In this document: positions 39,795 through 50,813 of the stretch, one piece after another
How the letters are laid out: each line of letters begins with the position of its first letter
How positions within the stretch are numbered: position 1 is the stretch's first letter
DNA from: Guillardia theta CCMP2712
Lineage: Eukaryota; Protista; Cryptophyta
NCBI RefSeq assembly: GCF_000315625.1
Contig: NW_005434619.1
Location: 398,991 to 462,990, forward strand
Length of the DNA stretch: 64,000 bases
Direction of reading: 5' to 3'
Notes under the pieces: model-generated
What the model was told of the DNA's origin: nothing
Seen by the model: only the letters and a program-made list of their open reading frames with translations
Databases searched by the model: none
Translations under genes and position numbers: made by a program

Positions 39795-42064
39795 TTAAGC
39801 CTGTCCAGACATAATCGTCTCCCCGGTTCCCATGGGCTGTGCTGGCGCTGGGACGGGCTGCATGTTCACCATGTTGATTTCCTGGGGTTGCCCCTGCTCC
39901 GCATCAGCCTGCAGCAGCATCGTCAGCAATGGCCTCGGACAACCCTGTCCTCTCCCACCTGCTTGCCGTGGTAGGAGAACACATCCTTCCACTCCGTTGC
40001 CCCGTGCACAGAGTACTTGTGCTGACCGTGCATCGAAACTTGGGTGATGGGTTGATCTGATTCAAGGTAAGACCGTGAACGAGGTTGGAAGAGTAAAGGA
40101 ATGAGGACGAGGAAAGAGGTGGGAGAGGAGGAGGACGAGGAGAGGAAGGAAGAAGACGAGAGGAGGAGAGCAAGAAGAAAAGAGTGATTGTACCTGGAAC
40201 ATGTCGCTTGCCTCCCACCAAAACATCATAAATGTCCTGTCGCACCTCCCAGATGGGATAGATGACGGTAATGATAGCAGCAACGTGTCCCTGTGCAAGG
40301 AGTAAGAGAAGAGAAGGACGAGGACGAGGAAAGACGGAGAGGGGTGAAGCACGGGGTGGAGGACGGAGAGATGAAAAGAAGGGAGAAGGAGGAAAGACGG
40401 AGGGGAAGGGAATGACGGAGGACAGCTGACGTACCCAGATGAAAGCGATTGCGACCCAGAACCCAAAGTAGCTCTTGGTGAACTCACGCGCGGGAAGGGC
40501 GAGGATGGGCCAGATGAGAATCAGAACAATCGAGAGAGATCCTCCGTAGACGGAGGTATTCCAAAGAGCCCTGTCCATAGCCTGTAGGGAGTGAGCAACG
40601 CTGGGGAAGAGCAGGTAGTAGTCTTACGGCAACGCCGTCTTCACCATCGTCGTCGAGCTTCAAGCCAGTAGCGTGCTCTCCGGCGTCCAACACAACAACC
40701 TATCTCACGCATAAGAACAAGACAAGCTCAACGGAGAGGCGCTGCGAAGAAGAGAGCAACACGAGAGAGGATGAAGAGACGAGGAGAGACGTGTAAGGGG
40801 AGAAGGTTGAGGGGAGCGGCAAAGGCAAAGGAGGAGAGCATCTGAACTCACCCCGTCGGTCTCGGCTCTGAGCTTAGACCAGTCGTAGTTCTGAGGGGCC
40901 ATGAGAGAGATGGGAATGCCGACCATGGGAGAGATGAAGAGAGCCATCAGGTTGCCTCCCAAGAAGGCGTAGTCGCTGCCCATGTTGGCCACGTTGACCT
41001 CGCCGTAGTAGGTGTCGGCGATCACCAGCCAGGTGATCATGGCAGCGGCAAGACCAGCAAAGGCACCGCAGATGGCACCAGTGGCAGAGCAGTCCTTCCA
41101 AGTGAGGCAGGCGGCGAGAGGGAACACAGCAGAGCCGATGAAGTTGCCCATAGCCACGTAAACCCAGCCAAGGCCAATCTCCAGCTCGAACAGGATGATG
41201 GCGATGACACCGGAGAAGATACCCCAGCCGAGGACAGCGACACGAGAGACGAAGATGATGTCGGTGCCGGAGGCCTGAGGTCTGAAGTACCTCTTGTACA
41301 CGTCGTAGGCAAAGAGGGAAGCAACGGCGAGCTGCTCGGAGTTTGCGGTGGATGTCACGGCCAAGAAGAGCTGGAGAACGATCAAGAAGGCTCCTCCCTG
41401 TCCCATGACGTGCAGGGCAACAGCTGGAGGAACGAGGCCGGAGCCAGCCTCGCTCATGGTAATCGGAAGATCAAGAGCCCTGGCAGCAAGGCCGAGGGTG
41501 GTGGCCATACTGAAAGGGATGGCGAACCAGGCCATGCCTCCAAGCATGTAGCCCTTCCAGGTAGCAGAGGGCTTGCAAGCGACGGCTCCCTGCCAGTAGG
41601 ACTGGTCGACGAACACGGTGCCGAAGTTTCCGATGATGTTGGCGATACCGAAGATGAGACCACCGCGAGACCAAATGGTGAGGGGGCTGCCGTGCAGGTT
41701 GCCCGTGATGGGGTTCTTGAGGGTGATGGCCTTGAGATTCTCCCACACCTTGTCGGTCGATCCGAGGTCGGAGGGTCCAGCGTAGATCTTCCACATGAAG
41801 ATGAGGAGGGCGAAATAGATGATGGAAGTGTGGGACCAGGAGGCGTAGTATGTTCCTACAAGCTAGTCAGATGCTGCAGCACTAGGAATGATGAATAAGA
41901 CAGGAGAAGGTAAGGAAGTGGAGCAGAACAGCAGCAGGATAGAACAAGGTCTCACCCTTAAGACCACCGAAGGCAGTGTATCAAACAGTGCTGAGAGGAA
42001 TGATGAAGCAAGCGGCGTACGTGTTGACTCCAGTCAGGGCGTTGATAACCGCGGAACCACCAAG
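39795..42064 (-). pseudogene. DUR3: 5'-truncated copy of the DUR3 urea transporter
   Basis: Begins mid-exon ([12 protein letters not shown]) at the 42061-42064 junction; the first exons are missing. Confidence 0.85.
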
Positions 42065-43862
42065 TCTTCAGCCCAGCAGTCACTGAATCACCGGGGAATA
42101 AAAACGGTACCTGCGAGCCTCCTCGGCTGCCGGAATAACTTCCATCGATCACGAGTAGTACGCTGCTCAATGTACCAGCTGACTCAGATATGGATCGCAC
42201 TGACACGTCGAGTTGCCGAGACTCTCAGCCGCCTGTATTTGTAGCACAGGGACCGTCGAAGAGCTTCGGAGGGTCTTTTCCTAGCTGGAACCTGTTTTGT
42301 CACCGTGCATTAAACTCGGTCTTGAGCACTGAAAACCCGGCCTGTCTTGTTACAGCTGGGAGTAAAGAACTCGGAAGGCTGGGGTCAACATGATGAGTGT
42401 CCATCACTGAGTTGAAACCGTTGAACCCGACTCCGGCGAGCGGGCCCAGGAATCCTCAAACTGCCCGGACTCGAGTTTCAAGTTTAAGTTGGTGGGCCGC
42501 CAGGGCCCGACCGTCCCGGTGACAGACTCTCCGGACTTCTGACAGGCTTTACTCAAAGTTAAGTTAAAAATCAGTACGACAGCCTGGCAGTGAGCATCCG
42601 GGGCGAGCCAGTGAGTCAAACTTTGAGTACTTTTACTTTGAGTAAAGACTGACTGAGTGCTCCTGATTGTCCTCGTACTGATTTTTAACTTAACTTTGAG
42701 TAAAGACTGAGTGCGTCAGTGGCAACGGGGTTTCAGTCCGTCACCGGAGTTGTCAGTCGCAAAGGGCCCGAGCACGGGGAGAGCCCGCAAGGGGCTGCAA
42801 GCCCGTGGCGGTTGGCGTGAACTTATTGATGTCACACTCCTGCGAGCCAACTCGAGCTCCATGGCCAATCTCAATTGCGAGTCGTTTGGCGCTCTTGCAG
42901 CCACGAGCTCGCAGCTCCCTGGAGACAATCCGATTGTCAACGTCATGTCCCATGACTTAGCGGCAGAGCCCCGGACAAGCCCTTTAAGGGTGCCCTGGGT
43001 AAGGACATTTTAGGTGAGGACCACACCGTGTGACAAGTTCTCAGTAAATTTCAAAATCACTGTCGACGGGCCCCCTTTGGATTTGAAATTTTGGAAGCGG
43101 ACATACCGACATTGATGCTAAATAAGAATTGCGAAAAGTGAAGGAAACTACCAGCAGTACCCCCATCAATGACTCTGAAGGACCCCCTTAGACAGAAAGT
43201 AAATTTTTCAGTGAGCCCAGCAAGAGGGCCGTTTCTGAAAAGACTCCTCTTCGTTCACGTACAGTTACCCTCAAAGTCGCACCTAGTCAAGAGACGCATT
43301 GTCGTGGCCTTTGAAAGTTTACAAAGTAAGGGGGGTCATCGTAGTACCCTTTGCTGGGTAGTAGATGACAGGAACACGATTGGTGGGGTCATTTTCCTCA
43401 TGTAGATGGGGTGGCAGCAGTTGACAAGAAAAAAACGAAAAAGTCTGTTTTCGTGCGCTTTCTTCAGGTTCATTATTATGACCACATGGGTCATATTACA
43501 AAGATTTTTGAACGTGGAGCTGATGGGTGGGTATGAAAGGGAGAATAGGGGGGTGGAGGTCAGGGGGTGGTCAGTGAACGTGAAAGGGGTGGACACAGGA
43601 AGTTGACTGGGGGGAAAGTAGATAGAGAGGGGGGAGGGGGTGAAAGGTGGGGATAAAGGGGGTGGTGAGAAGTGGCGATCAAGGTCCGGAGCGCGCCTTG
43701 CATTGGACCGTTACAGCTCAAGAGGGTGGGTGAAGAGAGGGAAAGATGGGGGTAGGGGTTCCTCATGACTTAGGGTCGAGGGGTCACTGAATCTTGAGAT
43801 AGCTAGGGGGTGGGGGTGGGTATGACGCAGGGGGATTGGGGGATATAAAGAAGGAAGGACCG
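42062..43862 (+). repeat. Direct repeat copy X' (upstream region of intact DUR3)
   Basis: Colinear with 36419-37837, with patchy replacements and insertions. Confidence 0.9.
42547..42705. repeat. Perfect 33-bp inverted repeat with 93-bp spacer
   Basis: ctttactcaaagttaagttaaaaatcagtacga (42547-42579) and its exact reverse complement (42673-42705). Confidence 0.95.
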
Positions 43863-44079
43863 GGCAAGGAGGAGGAGGATGACGATACCGTACATCGACC
43901 CGGTGAGACGAGGCTATGCCGCGATTCACGCGATGGAGATGGTTGGGATGGGAGGACGATGACAAGGGGAAGGAAGGAGACAGCGCTTGTGTGAAATGTA
44001 CGTGTTGTAGAAGGTGAACAGCGAGGACTAGGAGGAGCTGAGACAGGGTGGGTTTGACATGATGATTGTTTGTGATGTT

Positions 44080-47000
44080 ATGGTTTCGAGATTGTGAGCA
44101 GAACGTTTTCTCGTGTCTCTGTGCACCACTGCGACCTTGTCGTCTGACTTGTCTCGCAGACCCAGATTGGCTTGACGCCTGATGGCGCGTGTGTCAATGG
44201 CGAGAGCGCATGGCGCAATTCCTTCGGCTACGTGTCATACAACGGTGCCACCTATGACGGCCGCTGCTCCTTCTTCGGTGGCAAGCCAGCGCTACCAGAA
44301 GGTGAGGTACTGTTGACAGCATCTAGCGATGTTGACTGGTTGCAGGGCTGGGATGGTTCATCATCCTCGGTCTCGGAACGATCTTTGCTATTCTTACCTC
44401 GATCATGGTGTGGATTGGAAACCGCGGGATGGAGTCCGAGTCAGCCACCTCCGAGCACTTCACCTCTGCTGGCAGAACCATCACTGCCGGTCTCACTGCC
44501 TCCGACGTTGTTAGCAAGTGGACTTGGGCTGCTACTCTCCTTCAGTCCAGTAACGTAGCCTTTCAGTATGGTGTGTCTGGACCCTTCTGGTAAGCCTTGT
44601 CAGGGAGCACATACAGCTGCTTACAGGCTCATAGGTATGCCTCTGGAGCCACCATTCAGATCATTCTCTTCGCTATTCTCGCCATTGAGATCAAGAGAAA
44701 GTGTCCGGCTATCCACACCATCCTCGAGATCGTGCTTGTGCGTTGGGGAACTGCCGCACATCTCACCTTCCTGTTCTTCTGCCTTCTCACCAACCTTATC
44801 GTGACGGTACGAGTGCCTTGCGCTTGTCTCCTCTCTGCTTACTCTCACTCTCTCAGGCTATGTTGATTCTTGGTGGTTCCGCGGTTATCAACGCCCTGAC
44901 TGGAGTCAACACGTACGCTGCTTGCTTCATCATTCCTCTCAGCACTGTTGGATACACTGCCTTCGGTGGTCTTAAGGGTGAGACCTTGTTCTATCCTGCT
45001 GCTGTTCTGCTCCACTTCCTTACCTTCTCCTGTCTTATTCATCATTTCCAGTGCTGCAGCATCTGACTAGCTTGTAGGAACATACTACGCCTCCTGGTCC
45101 CACACTTCCATCATCTATTTCGCCCTCCTCATCTTCATGTGGAAGATCTACGCTGGACCCTCCGACCTCGGATCGACCGACAAGGTGTGGGAGAATCTCA
45201 AGGCCATCACCCTCAAGAACCCCATCACGGGCAACCTGCACGGCAGCCCCCTCACCATTTGGTCTCGCGGCGGTCTCATCTTCGGTATCGCCAACATCAT
45301 CGGAAACTTCGGCACCGTGTTCGTCGACCAGTCCTACTGGCAGGGAGCCGTCGCTTGCAAGCCCTCTGCTACCTGGAAGGGCTACATGCTTGGAGGCATG
45401 GCCTGGTTCGCCATCCCTTTCAGTATGGCCACCACCCTCGGCCTTGCTGCCAGGGCTCTTGATCTTCCGATTACCATGAGCGAGGCTGGCTCTGGCCTTG
45501 TTCCTCCAGCTGTTGCCCTGCACGTCATGGGACAGGGAGGAGCCTTCTTGATCGTTCTCCAGCTCTTCTTGGCCGTGACATCCACCGCAAACTCCGAGCA
45601 GCTCGCCGTTGCTTCCCTCTTTGCCTACGACGTGTACAAGAGGTACTTCAGACCTCAGGCCTCCGGCACCGACATCATCTTCGTCTCTCGTGTCGCTGTC
45701 CTCGGCTGGGGTATCTTCTCCGGTGTCATCGCCATCATCCTGTTCGAGCTGGAGATTGGCCTTGGCTGGGTTTACGTGGCTATGGGCAACTTCATCGGCT
45801 CTGCTGTGTTCCCTCTCGCCGCCTGCCTCACTTGGAAGGACTGCTCTGCCACTGGTGCCATCTGCGGTGCCTTTGCTGGTCTTGCCGCTGCCATGATCAC
45901 CTGGCTGGTGATCGCCGACACCTACTACGGCGAGGTCAACGTGGCCAACATGGGCAGCGACTACGCCTTCTTGGGAGGCAACCTGATGGCTCTCTTCATC
46001 TCTCCCATGGTCGGCATTCCCATCTCTCTCATGGCCCCTCAGAACTACGACTGGTCTAAGCTCAGAGCCGAGACCGACGGGGTGAGTTCAGATGCTCTCC
46101 TCCTTTGCCTTTGCCGCTCCCCCCAACCTTCTCCCCTTACACGTCTCTCCTCGTCTCTTCATCCTCCCTCGTGTTGCTCTCTTCTTCTCAGCGCCTCTCT
46201 GTTGAGCTTGTCTTGTTCTTATGCGTGAGATAGGTTGTTGTGTTGGACGCCGGAGAGCACGCTACTGGCTTGAAGCTCGACGACGATGGTGAAGACGGCG
46301 TTGCCGTAAGACTACTACCTGCTCTTCCCCATCGTTGCTCACTCCCTACAGGCTATGGACAGGGCTCTTTGGAATACCTCCGTCTACGGAGGATCTCTCT
46401 CGATTGTTCTGATTCTCATCTGGCCCATCCTCGCCCTTCCCGCGCGTGAGTTCACCAAGAGCTACTTTGGGTTCTGGGTCGCAATCGCTTTCATCTGGGT
46501 ACGTCAGCTGTCCTCCGTCATTCCCCTCCCCTCCATCTCTCTTCCCCCCCTTCTTTTCTTCTCTTCGTCCTTCACTCCTCTCCGTCTTTCCTCGTCCTCG
46601 TCCTCCTCTTCTCTAACTCCTTGCACAGGGACACGTGGCTGCTATCATTACCGTCATCTATCCCATCTGGGAGGTGCGACAGGACATTTATGATGTTCTG
46701 ATGGGAGGCAAGCGACATGTTCCAGGTACAGACACTCTTTTTGCTCTCCTCCTCTCGTCTTCTTCCTTCCTCTCCTCGTCCTCCTCCTCTCCCACTCTTT
46801 CCTCGTCCTCATTCCTTTACTCTTCCAACCTCGTTCACGGTCTCACCTTGAATCAGATCAACCCATCACCCAAGTTTCGATGCACGGTCAGCACAAGTAC
46901 TCTGTGCACGGGGCAACGGAGTGGAAGGATGTGTTCTCCTACCACGGCAAGCAGGTGGGAGAGGACAGGGTTGTCCGAGGCCATTGCTGACGATGCTGCT

Positions 47001-47118
47001 GCAGGCTGATGCGGAGCAGGGGCAACCCCAGGAAATCAACATGGTGAACATGCAGCCCGTCCCAGCGCCAGCACAGCCCATGGGAACCGGGGAGACGATT
47101 ATGTCTGGACAGGCTTAA
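44080..47118 (+). CDS. DUR3: High-affinity urea transporter DUR3 (sodium:solute symporter family)
   Basis: [78 protein letters not shown]; the start micro-exon position is uncertain (coding is clear from 44160). Confidence 0.95.
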
Positions 47119-49524
47119 TTGGCTTGATGTACTTTATTAAACACATCGTGACATGTTAATTTGCACCTTCACTCTCTCACGTCAGCATCGGTGAGAAAGT
47201 TCTAAGAAGGACGACTTGACACCTAAACTGAGTGGCAAGATTTGTCTATTGTTATGTACACCTCTGAAGCAGTCTCTAGCCTCCAGTACAAGAATCAACT
47301 GTTTTGATCTTAGTCTCTTCGCTTCGAGCGTCTACTCGTCCACTGTCCACGACGATCAAAAATACCAACCAGCTATAAGAGGTTATGGCGATGGATCCTG
47401 TTTTCAAAGGATCTGACATGAGCATTGTATGTTTGGACTGACGGATTTGCTGCACTCAGGTATAAGATATCGCTCTCCCTCCTCCCTCCTCCTCCTCCTT
47501 CTCCTCCTCCTCCACCAACTCCTCATGCTTCCTCCTCCTCCTCCTCCTCCTCTTCCTCCTCCTCCTCCTTCTCCTCCTCCACCACCACCACGAGTTCACC
47601 TGATGTCCGGCTTCGTCTTGAACTGGTCCAGCATGACGAGGCAGTCCTGTCAGCCTGTCAGGAATCGAGCTCTCAGCTCTAGAGCCTCTTGCCTTGGCCG
47701 AGGGTCTCTGCTCAGCCTCGTGCTGCCACATAAGCTGGAGGAGCTGGCTGAACTCAGGCCATTTCACTGGGTCGGTAGGCGGTCGCTCGTGAATCTAGGG
47801 AGCGATCAGCATGCAACCAACTCTCCTCCCTTCGTCCTCCTCCTCCTCCTCCCTTCGTCCTCCTCCTCCCTTCGTCCTCCTCGTCCTCCTCGTCCTCCTC
47901 GTCCTCCTCGTCCTCCTCGTCCTCCTCCTCTTGACCGTCTCTCCGCCCACATCCCCCCCCTCCCCCTCTTCCTACTATTGCTCATCTCCTCTTCTTCCTC
48001 TCAACCTCCTCTCTTCCTCCTCCACCTTGTCGGGCGAGAGGGAGGTCGGCCGCTTGCCAACGGCGATGTACCACATGACGAAGGAAGCGCTGTAGATGTC
48101 TGCCTTCTCGGTGTAGTGGCCCACAGTCGTCAGCATGACCTCTGGCGCCATGTAGAGCGGGGTCCCGGTAAAGCTGATAAGATCGTTCAGGCAAGAGCAC
48201 TGGAGGAGGAAAAGGAGGATGAGGATGAGGATGAGGATGAGAAGCAGGAGCAGGAGGAGCAGAAGCAAGGAGAGCAGGAGCAGGAGGAACAGGAGTAGGA
48301 GCACAAGGAGCAGGAGCAGGAGCAGGAGGAGGAGATAGGGCCCACCCGCTGTGAATCGAAGTTTCACGCTCGGACAAGGACACGGCCTTGCTCATGCCGA
48401 AGTCCATGAGCTTCATAATATTGAGGTCCTTGCTCAAGATCAGGTTGGCAGGTTTCACGTCCCGATGGATAATCATTGGGTTTCGGCCATGCAGAAAGTC
48501 GAGGGCCCGGAGCAGGTCAAGGCTCCAGCCGAAGATCGACCTGCGCGGCAGGGGATCCCCTCCTCTGAACTGCAGGAAGTACTCAAGCGTTGGGCCGTTG
48601 ACGTACTCCTCGAACATCACAGGGTTTTCAATGTCCTGCAGCTCAACATGTCAGCACAACAGTCACAGCCACGAGACTTGTACTTCGATGCAAGCTCCGA
48701 GGAACTGAACCACGTTGGGATGATGTGGGATCTGAAGTTTGCTGTCACTCACTCACTCACTCACTCACTCACTCCACCTTTCCCTCCCTCACTCCTCCTC
48801 TCCCTGCCTCCCTCCCTTCCTCCCTGTCCCTCCCCCTCCCTCCCTCCCTCTGTCTTCGTCCCTCTCCCTCTCAGCAGGAGTGCAAGACATACCGAAGCAA
48901 GCACGTCCATCTCCATCATCAAGTCCTTGTATGCCTGCAACAAGACCATGAGCGAGCAGACTCGACTACAGCAGGCGCGAACTTGGCACCCAGCCTTCAT
49001 GTTATTCTTCATCTTCTTGCCCACGCAGGTTGTCTGAGGAAGAATGTCAGAGGATCGACAGTTCTGACTCGCCCCTACCGTCCCACGGATGGTGCAGATG
49101 TGAACAACTGCGTTTGCCCCTTGACTGAGGTACCTGACTTTGCGTCATCTACTGCACAAGTCCCATGGGATCATTCTCCTCACACCTTCCCCACTCGATC
49201 TCTTCCTTTCGAATCTGCCAAGAACGTCCCGTCACTCTCTCACGTTCATGCCGAGCGTCCATGATTACCTCCCAACGTCCCCTCAGATGCTCGAGGGTCG
49301 CCTGCAAGTTGTGTACCGTTGTCTCCACCTCAAGTTGAGCTTGCTTGCTCTTGCTGACGGGGGCTTGAGGGATCTTCTGCTCCTTGTCCTTGGTGCTTTC
49401 TTTCTTGCCCTCCTCCTCCCTCGCCTCTCCCTCCTTCGTCCCTCCCCCATTCTTCTCCTCCCCTGTCGCACCCAACCCCGCCATTGAGTGTTGATCAGGT
49501 CAAACGGAGGTACTACCGGTCCTT
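44869..49524. repeat. Right arm of the inverted duplication (inferred source copy)
   Basis: Reverse complement of 37830-42064. Confidence 0.95.
47404..49484 (-). CDS. Tyrosine-kinase-like (MAP3K/Raf-type) Ser/Thr kinase with C-terminal CaaX box
   Basis: WQIRKEEIEW, HPNVVQFLGAC, IIHRDVKPANL, DFGMSK, TGTPLYMAPEV, ADIYS, QRPSA; last exon KSVSPNIQCSCQIL*. Confidence 0.88.
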
Positions 49525-50813
49525 TATGGTCAAGTTCATGTGCTGGGGTCCTTGTTTTGGAACACTGTGTAGAGTAGATGGGGTGGGGTAGTAAAATAGG
49601 GGGTAGTAGAGGGTAAGGGCTCCCCGTACATTATTGCAGGAGTGTCAACACCAAGCATATTGGGTCATGTTGGGGGGTGGGGGGTGGAGGAGTGAACACC
49701 TTCGGGGATGGAGGGCGAAAGGGGCAGAGACGGAGGGGGGTGGGGGTGGGGGGAGAAAGTCCCAAGGTTGAGGCTCTTGAAATGACTATGGAGAAACGGA
49801 AGGTGGAAGAATGTGATGGAAAAATGACAAGATGAAAAGAATGTACCATGAGGTCCTAGGAGAAGAAGATGATAAGAAGCTGACGTGACGATGAAGAAGA
49901 ATATGACAAGAATATGACACAGGAAGTGAAGCAGATGATAAGAAGATGACATAAGATGAAGGGGAATATGACAAGAATATGACATTAGGAGATGAAGAAG
50001 GAGGAAGACAAGTTTGTGTGAGGTTGTGCGAAGATTGTGAGTTTGGTTGTGAGAACATGTAGATTGGGATTGTATGCACTCTGTTCTAAAAGTTCAAGGA
50101 TTGTACTTTCTATGAAATTCTATTCGGGTTGCGCAGCATTATGGAAATTGAGAGAAGGGACTTTCAAATTTCTTTGTCGACTCTTCGTCCTCCTCCTCTT
50201 GCCCTCCTCTCTTCTCTCAATCCCGTAGCTTCCCCCCTTGCTCTCTCAGTCTCTCAGTCTCCCTCCTCCTGCCCCCCTCTCCGGCCTTGCCATGGAGTTG
50301 ACCGATGGCTGGAACTTGACAAACGAGTCTGGCGATTTCGATCTTCGGCGGTGAGGAGACGCTTCCCCTTGCGACCTGCGGGTAAGGCTCAACAGGACCA
50401 GAAGGAATCTGGAGAAGGAGAGAAGGAGGAGGAGGGAAGGAGGAGGGAGGCAGGGAGAAGGATGCAGGGAGGACGAGGTGAGTAGGGTGGAGAGGAGGAG
50501 AAAGTGGAGGTAACAGGGAGGAGTGCAGAGAGGGAGGAGAGTGAAGCGATAGGAGGTGGGAGAGGTTCAAGGAGGGATCAGGTGAGGAGGGGGACTAAGA
50601 GAGGATATGTGAAAGAGGACGGAGGAGGAGAGTACTGGCAGAACATGAGGCAACCTGTCCTTAACAGGGGAGAGAGATCTTTTCTCGTTGACCGTGTTGA
50701 GTTGTGTGCCATAGAGCGGGTCTAGCCCGACGGATTTGCTGATCTCAGCCAGCTCACCGTCCAACCTGAAGGCAGTGAGCGTCTCAAGACGACGAGCAGC
50801 AGGCGTCTCGTGC

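Larger units (their letters stand above)
37830..42064. repeat. Left arm of a ~4.2-4.6 kb inverted duplication
   Basis: Reverse complement of 44869-49524; near-identical ORF translations on opposite strands. Confidence 0.95.

Noticed and set aside
39795-42064. Second functional DUR3 gene
   Set aside because: Lacks the start and N-terminal TM exons; cut mid-exon at the rearrangement junction
42547-42705. MITE or terminator
   Set aside because: No clear target-site duplication; the spacer retains sequence (cagtgagcatcc, agtgagtca) also present in copy X, so local inverted copying fits better
50129-50725. Possible small + strand gene
   Set aside because: No recognisable motif or consistent exon chain
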